DNA of 64,000 nucleotides from Alphaproteobacteria bacterium 16-39-46 (GTDB lineage Bacteria; Pseudomonadota; Alphaproteobacteria; 16-39-46): NCBI GenBank assembly GCA_002257235.1, contig NCGZ01000002.1, positions 56 to 64,055 of the forward strand, read 5' to 3'. Shown piece by piece: positions 9,183 to 18,396 of this stretch (position 1 is its first letter; each line of letters starts with the position of its first letter). The notes under the pieces were generated by a model. It saw only the letters and a program-made list of their open reading frames with translations, ran no database searches and was not told where the DNA came from. The position numbers and the translations under genes were made by a program.

Positions 9183-11363
9183 CTAAGGATTTACTGTAAC
9201 GATGGCGCCTTTAAGCGTTAGAATCCCACCGATCTCACAGATTCCCATGCCACTGACTTTGAATGTCATCATTGTACTTTGGGACAGAAATTCAAGGCCT
9301 GACTTAATCATCGTGTTCATGCCACTTTCTGCCATGATATTTTGTCCGGCCTTTACGGAAAAATTCATCCCTGCATTTTGAATGGTATTCTGCCCAGATT
9401 TTATAGTGATGTTTCCTGTGACATCAATCGTCAAGTTTCCATCGACGGTTAACGTATAGTTTTCTGTGACTTTGCGTGTATAGTTCCCTGTAATGTCATG
9501 GGTCTCATTGCCTTTAGAAAGGGTAACAGTCCGGTTTCCTTCTTTTAAGGTGATGCTTTCATCTCCTTTGTCTAAGGTGACAAGGTGATCTCCTTTTGTA
9601 ATTTCCAAGGTATCCGTTCCTTTACCCTCACCTTGGCCCAAAAGTTTAACAGTTCTATTTCCTTTATCAATGGTTAGGAAATCATTTCCCCGTTTCTCGG
9701 GGCCTCCAGAATTTTCATCTTTGGCGCTTCCCCCTTGAAGAATTGCTGTTCGATCTCCGGCTTCAATGGTGGTTTTGCAATTGCCCTTTTCCAAAGTTGT
9801 TGTGCGATCGTTGATAATGTCAATCTTCATATCTTTCTGGGCATGGATATAGATCTCTTCATGATCTTTTTTATCTTCAAATCGGAGCTCATTGGATCCT
9901 TTTTTCCCCTTTGAGGTATTACTTTTGAGAGTTGCTTTTGTGGGATCACTTGGACGATAGGGGGGCATATTATCGGCGTTATAAACGGAGCCGGTGACAA
10001 GGGGGCGATCTGGATTCCCATTTAAATAACTGATAACAACTTCCTGTCCAATACGAGGGGTATAAAGAGCCCCCCACTGAGAGCCGGCCCAAAGGGTTGC
10101 AACACGAATCCAGCAAGAACTCGTCTCATCATCTTTTCCATGTCGATCCCAATGAAACTTTACTTTAATACGACTATACGTATCTGTCCAAATTTCTTCA
10201 TCTTTTTTACCTGTAACTATGGCTGTTTGAGAGCCATAAATTTTAGGGCACGGTGTTGTTAGAGGCGGGCGGAAAGGTGTTTTCTTCGGAAAGGCTTCAA
10301 AAGTATTTTCATAAATAAATCCTTCCCTTTCTTCATCATAACGTGCCTTATGATGAACTTTATGGAGGACGTAAGTGGTATTATAGTCTTTGCGCTCATG
10401 GTGGGTGAGATCAAAGATATACCCACTTAAGAAAAAAGGACAAGTTGATTTGCCTTTCAAAAAAATTTGAGGATTTTCTTTTTCTTGAATACGCAACGTC
10501 GTGATGGTTTCGCCGATATCTTGAATTTGATAGTTTCCCGGATATTCAAAAACTTCACCACCAAGGCCATCCCCTTTTGTTTGTGCTGTCAGTTTTGTTC
10601 GGGGGGTTGTGTAATTAAAATCAGAAGATGCAAAGGCGCTTGGAACGGTTGTTTGAGAGACATGACATTCATAAATGGCCGAAAAGGGAGGCGTGGCCAT
10701 CTCTCCTCGAATGTAGGGGATTTTCTCCCCCGTGGCGAGAGAAGAATAAGAAGAAGGATTATCTCCTAAAATCAGAATATGTTTGTTTGAGGTGTGTTCA
10801 AAGAAATAAAAAATACCTTCTGCTTCAAAAAGCCTGCTTGTAAAATTAAACATACTTTCATTGTATTGAACGCAATATTCTCTTGGCTTTCGGCCGCGGT
10901 CTCGGGTCTGATCTTTAACATCGCGAATGTGCTGCTCTTGAAAAAGTTTTTTTGTAATGTCGAGTGTCGATTCGTTTTGGAAAATGCGGCAATCGCTATT
11001 GAATTGAGAGCGCCAAAAAGTTGGGTAAAGCTTTGCTGTGTAATAGGTGATTTCTTCCTCTTTGAGGATACGATCACTTTCTTGGATCCGAGGCTTTCCA
11101 ATGGTGGGACCTTGGACAAACTCTCCGATAATACCGTTAACATAACGAACCCCCTCTTTAAAACGAAGTGTAATGGTTGCTTCCTGTCCCATAATTTTTT
11201 TAACATCTAAGTCAGGGGTATGGGCATACATTTCAAGATGAAATTCAAAAGGTTGAGATAGGCATTCAATTCCTTCAAGTTGGGTGAGAATAAGCGTGTC
11301 TCGTCCGAGTGTGGTTTCAAGAGAAATGTAGAGCTTTTCTTCTGTTTTAAGGGATGCCGGCAT
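9183..11363 (-). CDS. vgrG: VgrG-family spike protein (T6SS tip / phage gp27-gp5 fusion-like), 726 aa, with no C-terminal effector extension
   Basis: N-terminal gp27-like region (LSQPFEFHLEM...). The C-terminus carries gp5-type beta-helix repeats (VTLDKGDESITLKEGNRTVTLSKGNETHDITGNYT...TIDVTGNITIKSGQNTIQ). Confidence 0.8.
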   Translation of the reverse strand: MPASLKTEEKLYISLETTLGRDTLILTQLEGIECLSQPFEFHLEMYAHTPDLDVKKIMGQEATITLRFKEGVRYVNGIIGEFVQGPTIGKPRIQESDRILKEEEITYYTAKLYPTFWRSQFNSDCRIFQNESTLDITKKLFQEQHIRDVKDQTRDRGRKPREYCVQYNESMFNFTSRLFEAEGIFYFFEHTSNKHILILGDNPSSYSSLATGEKIPYIRGEMATPPFSAIYECHVSQTTVPSAFASSDFNYTTPRTKLTAQTKGDGLGGEVFEYPGNYQIQDIGETITTLRIQEKENPQIFLKGKSTCPFFLSGYIFDLTHHERKDYNTTYVLHKVHHKARYDEEREGFIYENTFEAFPKKTPFRPPLTTPCPKIYGSQTAIVTGKKDEEIWTDTYSRIKVKFHWDRHGKDDETSSCWIRVATLWAGSQWGALYTPRIGQEVVISYLNGNPDRPLVTGSVYNADNMPPYRPSDPTKATLKSNTSKGKKGSNELRFEDKKDHEEIYIHAQKDMKIDIINDRTTTLEKGNCKTTIEAGDRTAILQGGSAKDENSGGPEKRGNDFLTIDKGNRTVKLLGQGEGKGTDTLEITKGDHLVTLDKGDESITLKEGNRTVTLSKGNETHDITGNYTRKVTENYTLTVDGNLTIDVTGNITIKSGQNTIQNAGMNFSVKAGQNIMAESGMNTMIKSGLEFLSQSTMMTFKVSGMGICEIGGILTLKGAIVTVNP

Positions 11364-11548
11364 CAGTAACTCTAATTTTAAGATTTTTCATTATAAGTTG
11401 TCTTCAGAGACAATACGCTACCCCTTTTTAAAACACAAGTTGGGACTTAAAGAGGACCAATTTAAAACATTTAAGAAGCGCGAAAAAGAGTCAAAAAAGA
11501 TTTTTTAAGGGATCCTACAAAAATAAGAAGTATATTCTCTTGAGCAGT

Positions 11549-12679
11549 TTAAAAAAATACTAAAACTGAGACAGGAGAAGGGGGGGTTCGTTCAGCGGCA
11601 CTTGCCGTGAAAGATTTAGAAGAAGAGGATTTTGACCAGAATTCATAGTATCCATTCCCTAAACTTAAAAGAAACGGATCACTTATGTGGATCATAGACT
11701 CGGATGGTGCTGACAGGGTTGTTTTAAAAATAGTCTCTGGATCATCGAGAGGAGACAGCCGACAATTGCTTTTATGAGCTATAAAGAAGCTACCGTTATT
11801 CTTGAAAATAAAATGAGAAGGGAGGCGTTCTTGAGATAAAATTCTAAAGTATCCTGACCGAGAAGGGGGAGGGATAAGAACCTCTTCTCTGGAGATCATT
11901 TCGTGAAGAGCTGATTCTAGGGCTGAGGATTCTTTCTTCTCACTGAAAGGTGTTATGGAGTTTCTGAAAAGACGATTTGTAGTGGCATCATAAAAAATAA
12001 GAGTCGCGTCTAAGAGAAGTTCATGTCTCGTAGAGGGTAACTCACTTGTCGGGAGAACAGAGATTCTCTCTCTTGAAAAAAGGTAAAAACTTTTTAGGTG
12101 AAGCTCGGAAAGTGGAGATGAAATATCCGAAGGTTCTTCGAAAAAATGAGAACACAGAAATGAGAACTCAAGCATTAATTGAGGGGCTTTTTCAGATTTA
12201 TAACCCCCGATAATTTGAACTGTTACGTGCGTGCCGTCCTGAAATGGATCTTTTTGAAACAAATTTGAGCTTGTCAGAGATGAAATTGTATGGAAAGGAA
12301 TATCTACAGCCGTTTCAGATTCGTCGTCTTTGTTAATAAACAGACAGGGAATAAGAAGTGGAGAGGCGTGTTCTGCTGAAGAAATTTTTTGATGAAGGAC
12401 CTGTTTTACACTTTTGGGATTAAAGGCAATATCTTCTGAAAGGGTCATTTCTGGTGAATTTGGATTTAGAAACAAAAGGGCTTGACCCTTGTGAAGTTTT
12501 TTGAGGGTTGTAAATCCTTCTCTTCGAATTGTAATGCTCTCTTTGTCAATCCTTGTTGAAAAACAAAAGGATGGTTTATCTCCTATCTCCTCTCTTGCCA
12601 TTGAAAAGACGCTTGAAGAAGAGAAGCATAAAACGAAAACAATAAAGATGCCTGAGAGGAGGATTTTTGAGGTTTTCAT
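11549..12679 (-). CDS. Secreted hypothetical protein (376 aa), paralog of the N-terminal domain of the upstream 668-aa protein
   Basis: Signal peptide. Its N-terminal ~130 aa aligns with ORF 12720..14726 (CxF....ITIEREGF.T..K...G..L.FL.P.S...LSE.IA..P..V). Confidence 0.6.
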   Translation of the reverse strand: MKTSKILLSGIFIVFVLCFSSSSVFSMAREEIGDKPSFCFSTRIDKESITIRREGFTTLKKLHKGQALLFLNPNSPEMTLSEDIAFNPKSVKQVLHQKISSAEHASPLLIPCLFINKDDESETAVDIPFHTISSLTSSNLFQKDPFQDGTHVTVQIIGGYKSEKAPQLMLEFSFLCSHFFEEPSDISSPLSELHLKSFYLFSRERISVLPTSELPSTRHELLLDATLIFYDATTNRLFRNSITPFSEKKESSALESALHEMISREEVLIPPPSRSGYFRILSQERLPSHFIFKNNGSFFIAHKSNCRLSPLDDPETIFKTTLSAPSESMIHISDPFLLSLGNGYYEFWSKSSSSKSFTASAAERTPPSPVSVLVFF

Positions 12680-12719
12680 CAGAAGTTTCTCCTGTTTTTT
12701 TTTGTTAGAGACTCGGGTC

Positions 12720-14726
12720 TTAAGAGATCTTTAAAGAATCATTGAGGTCTACTTCAGCATTTTGGGACTTGTGCATCTCAATAAACGGTCTATAAATATT
12801 GGCATCCCGTATATTTGGATTTTTTAAATGAATAGTTTCTAAGGTTGGGACACTTAAAACAAGCTTCAAGGCGTCTAGAATGACGGGATTCCCTTCTGTG
12901 AGAGACTGAGACTGTCTCCGCCAAGAAACGACCTTTCCCACGATAGCCCCTAAGGCTCCTGAGCCAGCTCCTGCTACGACGCCATTTGTGAGAAAAATGC
13001 CAGCAGTCCCGTGCGCTATAAGCGTCGGAAGGATGACAGGGGATCCTCCGAAGACAGCTCCGAGTGAAAGGACAGTGCCCGTAACTGTCCCCGCGCTAAT
13101 TCCCAATAAAATTCCATTTCGTGCTGAAATTTGTGGGTCGAGAGGATCGGGGAGAGAGAGCCCGATTTTGGTTAAGGAAAGGATTCTTATAGATTCTATA
13201 AGGTCTTTAAATTGACCCATGCTGAGTGGGTCATAAAATTCTAATTCCGTTAGTTTTAAGAGTTTCCCCTCTCTTTTAATTTTTGCGAGGTCACCAAAAA
13301 AAGAGCTTGAGTAGAAATCTGCAAAACAATTTAGAATCTTAAGCTTTAAAAGTGATGGGCAGTTCCCAATAGCCTGGGAAAGCATCAGAATTCCGGTATT
13401 TTCTTCTGAAAGTTGAAAGTTATGGAGAGAAAGCTCTCCTAAAAAGTTAAAAGAAGAAAAAGACTCAATCCAGAGTTTGGGGGTGCTAAGTGGGGAAAGT
13501 AGCATTGAAAATGAAGGCGCAGAGGCAGAAGAAAAAGGAAACTCCGGAACGTTGGTCGCGGCAGCGTCGGAAAGGAAGAGGGGATTATATTTAGAATCGG
13601 CGACATTATAAAATCCAGAAGGAAGAGGCGAGGGATAAGGAATAGTCGGAAAAATCTCAAAAGGAGAGGAGGTTAATCTTATTGTTTCTAAAGGATTTTC
13701 TCCAGGCGTGTCGACAGAGCCCAATTGGCAGGCTTGTTGCATGGCCATAAAGGTTTTTCCTGCTTTAACTTCGAAGACATTAAAGACAGGGTTTTCTTGA
13801 AGAGAAACCTTGTAAAATCCTGTGTGAGCAGGAGAGGGAACAAAAGTTTCTGAGGAAGAAGATAAACTGTGGCTAAGCGGTCCCACAGGAATAATTTTTT
13901 GATGGGGCTCAGGATTAATTTCCCAGCGTTCTGCAATATCGTCTGGAAGTGTGAAAATATTAACGGCTTGGGAGACCCCTCTGAAGAACTGCTTTGTAGG
14001 CGCATTATAAAAAATGTAATTTGGATGATCCAATATTTCTTGTCTGAGGGTTAAGTTTGATTCCGCAAGGGAGATAGGAGTTCTTTTTCCTTTTAGAAGG
14101 GGATGCGAAAAGTGGAGTTGAATTTTTGCTTGGTTTTGTGAAGTATCTATATTGATAAGAGGGGTTCTTGACCAGTTGGTAAACCGTCCCCTAAACTTAA
14201 GAGTTAATTTGGGAGATCTTGGAGTTGGGTGCCCTCCCTCAATGACAAATGCTAACTTTTGATGAAGATTAGAATTTTGAAGATCTCCAAAAGCATGGAA
14301 AGTTCTGGAAGCATAAGTTTTAAGAATGCTGTGAAAGGGAAAATTTTCCTGAGTTTCTCGTCGATCGTGTGGATCGATAAAATGAAAGGGAATGTCGAGG
14401 GGACATGTATTTGAAAAGTCCTTCTCTAAACGGGCGTGTTTTTCAATAATGTCAATGACCATTTGCGGATCATATGCGATCTGTTCTGAAAGACTAAAAC
14501 CCTCTGATTTTGGCTTTAAAAAGAACAAATCTCTCCCATTAAAGCGTTTTTGTACAGTCACAAATCCTTCTCTTTCAATGGTGAGAGTTTCAATTTTAAA
14601 GACACAGGAAGGCTTTTGAGCAGAGGTGCTATCTTCTTCTTGCATTAAAGAAAAGACAGCGGACGGGTTTAAGATAAAAAATAAAGCAAAAAGGCATAGG
14701 ATAAGAGGCTTATTTCGAGTCATCAA
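12720..14726 (-). CDS. Secreted hypothetical protein (668 aa) with a C-terminal glycine-zipper hydrophobic hairpin, paralogous at the N-terminus to ORF 11549..12679
   Basis: Signal peptide (MMTRNKPLILCLFALFFILNPSAVFS) and a shared N-terminal domain. Near the C-terminus is a Gly/Ala-rich segment (GILLGISAGTVTGTVLSLGAVFGG...GVVAGAGSGALGAIVGKV) typical of membrane-inserting glycine zippers. Confidence 0.6.
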   Translation of the reverse strand: MMTRNKPLILCLFALFFILNPSAVFSLMQEEDSTSAQKPSCVFKIETLTIEREGFVTVQKRFNGRDLFFLKPKSEGFSLSEQIAYDPQMVIDIIEKHARLEKDFSNTCPLDIPFHFIDPHDRRETQENFPFHSILKTYASRTFHAFGDLQNSNLHQKLAFVIEGGHPTPRSPKLTLKFRGRFTNWSRTPLINIDTSQNQAKIQLHFSHPLLKGKRTPISLAESNLTLRQEILDHPNYIFYNAPTKQFFRGVSQAVNIFTLPDDIAERWEINPEPHQKIIPVGPLSHSLSSSSETFVPSPAHTGFYKVSLQENPVFNVFEVKAGKTFMAMQQACQLGSVDTPGENPLETIRLTSSPFEIFPTIPYPSPLPSGFYNVADSKYNPLFLSDAAATNVPEFPFSSASAPSFSMLLSPLSTPKLWIESFSSFNFLGELSLHNFQLSEENTGILMLSQAIGNCPSLLKLKILNCFADFYSSSFFGDLAKIKREGKLLKLTELEFYDPLSMGQFKDLIESIRILSLTKIGLSLPDPLDPQISARNGILLGISAGTVTGTVLSLGAVFGGSPVILPTLIAHGTAGIFLTNGVVAGAGSGALGAIVGKVVSWRRQSQSLTEGNPVILDALKLVLSVPTLETIHLKNPNIRDANIYRPFIEMHKSQNAEVDLNDSLKIS

Positions 14727-15218
14727 AATTCTCCACTCTTTTTTTAATGTTTATGGGAGATTCTCACTGAAGATGTTTATATAATTTTATACAAACAAAC
14801 CGATTACCCTTAATTCTGGGCTTTTTTTCTGGAAATATCAATGTATTTTGAGACGCGCCTTAAAACGTATTGAAAAGTAGAGATTTTAATATGGTTTGAG
14901 TCACTCATAATTTCAGAAGGTTCTCAAATCGGTTCTAATTCATTATTTTTTTAGAAAATCATGAATCCTTCTAAATCTTTCTTGTCAATAAGATTTTTCA
15001 TGCGTAGGCCCTGGAGAATATATTCCCAACCCTTTTATTAAGTTCCTTTTTAGGGTATCATTAATTTGTACGGTCAATTTTATAATGAGGCGCCCGAAAA
15101 CTCCTTCCTTTAGGGGGGAGCTGAGTTCCTTTTTTTTTAACCGCGTAGCGAAAATCGGTGGGCTTGCCCCCGAGATGGAGAGCCTATATGATTTCATTGA
15201 CGCAAAATCAGAGGGAAC

Positions 15219-15824
15219 ATGAAACTGAAAATTACAAAGAAACTGATCATCTACACATCCCTTCTCTTCATCTTAATTCTAATTGCTTTGAGTGGTACCA
15301 TCATGAGCCAAGTCAACGAGCCAAAATATAAAGTGATTTCATCTCAAGAAAAAATTGAGATCAGGGAGTATACTCCCATCCTTCTTGCACAAGTTTCAGT
15401 GGTAGGCGAACGAAAGACGGCCATTTCAGCAGGCTTTAGAATTCTCGCAGATTATATTTTTGGGAATAATGAGGGGCGTCAGAAAATCACCATGACAGCT
15501 CCGGTTATTCAGCAAGAATCTTCAGAAAATCTCCACTGGAATGTCCGATTCGTTATGCCTTCTGAATATACCCTAGAAACTCTGCCTCATCCCAAGAACA
15601 ATCAAATAGACATTATGTCCATTCCCTCAAAGTGTTATGCTGTCATTCGATTTTCAGGGTTAGCAAGGGAGGGCATTTTACAAAGAAATCTAGACCTTCT
15701 ACAACAATACATAAGTTCAAAAAAACTTCATGAGGTTGGCAAGCCTGTTTATGCATTTTACAATCCACCATGGACCCTTCCGTTTCTAAGACGTAATGAG
15801 ATTATGATTGAAATTAGGCGATAA
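15219..15824 (+). CDS. SOUL/HBP-family haem-binding protein
   Basis: 201 aa with a signal anchor. Motifs YEVR-like (KYKVIS..IEIREY), FxxLxxYIxGxN and ITMTAPV match SOUL haem-binding family architecture. Confidence 0.65.
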   Translation: MKLKITKKLIIYTSLLFILILIALSGTIMSQVNEPKYKVISSQEKIEIREYTPILLAQVSVVGERKTAISAGFRILADYIFGNNEGRQKITMTAPVIQQESSENLHWNVRFVMPSEYTLETLPHPKNNQIDIMSIPSKCYAVIRFSGLAREGILQRNLDLLQQYISSKKLHEVGKPVYAFYNPPWTLPFLRRNEIMIEIRR

Positions 15825-15868
15825 AAAACCTCTCAATATGCTAATTATTTATAAAGAAAAATTACACT

Positions 15869-16705
15869 ATGCCAGAACTTCCCGAAGTTGAAACAATCTG
15901 CCAAGCTTTAAAACCGTTGCTTGAAGGACAATCGTTCTTAAAGATTCAAGCTAACCGACCTGATTTACGCTATCCCTTGCCTGTTAATATGGAGACAGTG
16001 CTTAGTCATAAGCTTATTTCGCTTATAAGTCGCCGTGCTAAATATCTTTTGCTTGATTTTAGCCATGGCTTAACTCTCATTTGGCATTTGGGTATGTCAG
16101 GGCGCGTGATTATTGAAAATCTTAATGCTCTCTCCTTAAATTCTGGGCCACATGACCATGTTGTTTTTATAACATCCAATAACTATAAAATTACCTTTCG
16201 CGATCCCCGCCGTTTTGGTTTTTTGTTACTTTACCCCACAAATCAACTCAAGAGCTTACACCCCTTTAAAACACTAGGCCCTGAGCCACTTGGAGACATA
16301 CCTTTAGGTGTTTCAGTGCTTCATGCAGCTTTGAAGCGACGGACTATTTCCATTAAAAATGCCCTTCTTGACCAACGAATTATTGCAGGATTGGGGAATA
16401 TTTACGCCTCTGAGGCTTTATGGCAAGCTCGCCTCTCACCAAGACGCGGGGCTAACACGCTTAGACTGAAAGAAACAAAGATTTTACTTATAGAAATTCA
16501 AAACGTACTAAGACGCGCCATTAGTGCGGGGGGCTCTACTTTGCGAGATTATGCCCAACCAAATGGTGATACTGGGTATTTTCAATACTCTTTTAATGTT
16601 TATAAGCGAGAGCACTTGCTTTGCAATCATTGCCATTTCACTCCTATTACCAGGATTGTTCAAAGTGGTAGAGCTACCTATTATTGCGACAAATGCCAGC
16701 AATAA
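15869..16705 (+). CDS. mutM: Formamidopyrimidine-DNA glycosylase
   Basis: N-terminal MPELPEVE, an H2TH domain and a C-terminal zinc finger (CxxC...CxxC). Confidence 0.9.
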   Translation: MPELPEVETICQALKPLLEGQSFLKIQANRPDLRYPLPVNMETVLSHKLISLISRRAKYLLLDFSHGLTLIWHLGMSGRVIIENLNALSLNSGPHDHVVFITSNNYKITFRDPRRFGFLLLYPTNQLKSLHPFKTLGPEPLGDIPLGVSVLHAALKRRTISIKNALLDQRIIAGLGNIYASEALWQARLSPRRGANTLRLKETKILLIEIQNVLRRAISAGGSTLRDYAQPNGDTGYFQYSFNVYKREHLLCNHCHFTPITRIVQSGRATYYCDKCQQ

Positions 16706-16822
16706 ATTAATTTTTGCTAACTCCAACTCTGCAATACAATCTTCTTAACTGATTTGTCCTTCTTTTTCTTTAACTTCTTCTTTAGAATAAGGACTCAACT
16801 TCAAGAAATCCCTTTTATCAAC

Positions 16823-17545
16823 TCAATTACCGTTTCTCGGATTAATAGGTGTTTTTAGCGTCGAAAGTCCTCCATCTACATTAAGTACCTGGCCTGTGAT
16901 CCAATTGTTCACAGGATCCAGAAAAAATACCACTGCGCGCGCTATGTCTTCAGGTTTGCCAATGCGTCCTAACGGGTGCATGTTAAGTGAATAATCAAGA
17001 GCTGCCTTATTTTGTATAATTTTATCAGTTAAATCTGTTTCTGTAAGACCGGGGGCTACAACATTAAACCGCAAATTTCGATGTGCATAAGTCGCAGCAG
17101 CAGAGCGCATTAACCCTATCACTCCAGCTTTAGCAGCTGCTATTGCTTCGTGATTAGGCAGCCCAATTGAGGCAGCAGCAGAAGATATGAGAACAACAGA
17201 GCCACCTCCATCAATAAGTTGTTGAGAGCTTCTCACTGTTGCAAAAGAGGTGGTAAGCGAACTTTGAATAGTCTGATAATACTGTTCCTGATTGCTAGAA
17301 GAAGCTGGCTTTAAAAGAAGAGAGCCCGCAAAGTTAACAACGCCATCAATAGAGCCCATACTTTGCTTAGCAAGAGAAAATACGGCATCAACAGCTTCAA
17401 AATTTGTAGCATCCAAAATAGAATCAGGGGTGATTTTATCGTCAGATCGTGCGGTTTTATAAACACGATGACCATGTTCTTGCAACAGTTTGCAAGTTGC
17501 CCTTCCCATCGTGCTGGAAGCAGCAATGACTAAGAAATTTGCCAT
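16823..17545 (-). CDS. SDR-family short-chain dehydrogenase/reductase
   Basis: N-terminal Rossmann region (VIAASSTMGRA) and a YxxxK active-site region. About 240 aa. Confidence 0.75.
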   Translation of the reverse strand: MANFLVIAASSTMGRATCKLLQEHGHRVYKTARSDDKITPDSILDATNFEAVDAVFSLAKQSMGSIDGVVNFAGSLLLKPASSSNQEQYYQTIQSSLTTSFATVRSSQQLIDGGGSVVLISSAAASIGLPNHEAIAAAKAGVIGLMRSAAATYAHRNLRFNVVAPGLTETDLTDKIIQNKAALDYSLNMHPLGRIGKPEDIARAVVFFLDPVNNWITGQVLNVDGGLSTLKTPINPRNGN

Positions 17546-17676
17546 TTCATAATTCCTTTTGTTTTTCTTGACGTGTCATATTAATTCTAACCTGTTTTTT
17601 ATCTTTTGAAAAAGTTTTTTAGAGACTTGAAGAACATTCAATGCCAATTAAAAGAAATCATTATATTCTCTAAGAC

Positions 17677-18294
17677 CTACTCGTTGGCATATTGGTTATT
17701 TTGATCGCGGTGATGGGCTTCGTCTCTTCGAACAGCGACAATCAGATCTGCTAATTTTGCATCATGTTCTAAATTCCAATATTTCAAAGCAATGGGCGGT
17801 ACAGGAACATTTTCTATTTTTCCACTTTCCACTTCATTAAGATATTGAGTATAGGAATAAACTGCTTCTTCTTCCATATAACTCACCAAACGATGGGATG
17901 TTCTGGGTGACAAAACATAAAGAAAAAAATAAACAATAAAAAAGATAATTTGAGCAATAACAATTAATGTCCTTTCTATCCAATTTGGGTGAGCAATTTC
18001 AATAAATGTCATCAGATGCATTCGTTCATTCTCAGCCTCCTCCAATAATACTTTAATTCGTCCTCCATCATCTTTAAATAGTCTCAAACTTTTTAAGTGC
18101 TGAAGCATGCCGCCGACCATACCTGGAACGCCGGCGACCGTCTCGAGAACCACAGCTCTGTGACCGTAACGATTCGTAAAGAAGGAATCTGCAAAGAAGC
18201 GTAATATCCTTACAATTCTATAGGCAATGTGATCTGAAAGCGATTTTGGAACATGGTGCACACTAAGATTAATATCAGTTATTTTTTTTGCCAT
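17677..18294 (-). CDS. aox: Alternative oxidase (cyanide-insensitive ubiquinol oxidase, AOX)
   Basis: Di-iron carboxylate motifs [21 protein letters not shown] and RRDEAHHRD are present. The ~205-aa size is typical of bacterial AOX. Confidence 0.8.
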   Translation of the reverse strand: MAKKITDINLSVHHVPKSLSDHIAYRIVRILRFFADSFFTNRYGHRAVVLETVAGVPGMVGGMLQHLKSLRLFKDDGGRIKVLLEEAENERMHLMTFIEIAHPNWIERTLIVIAQIIFFIVYFFLYVLSPRTSHRLVSYMEEEAVYSYTQYLNEVESGKIENVPVPPIALKYWNLEHDAKLADLIVAVRRDEAHHRDQNNQYANE

Positions 18295-18396
18295 TTTTCA
18301 CTCTCTGTTAATTTAAAAATATGCACGCCTAGAGTCCTTTGATTTCATAAAATAGTTTTGCGAGTCAAAGAGAAAACTAAAATTATTATAAAAAAA

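Noticed and set aside
9827-11210. ORFs nested in or antisense to vgrG (9827..10021, 10467..10769, 10628..10843, 10772..11206, 10794..11210)
   Set aside because: They overlap a well-supported long CDS and their products are low-complexity, so they are likely spurious.
14985-15197. 70-aa ORF and possible structured RNA in the 490-bp gap upstream of the SOUL-protein gene (around 15090..15190)
   Set aside because: I looked for SRP-RNA and tmRNA-like motifs (GGAAGGAAG-like, CCA ends) and found only partial matches. No convincing hairpin architecture is visible by eye. A covariance-model scan with Infernal/Rfam would be needed.
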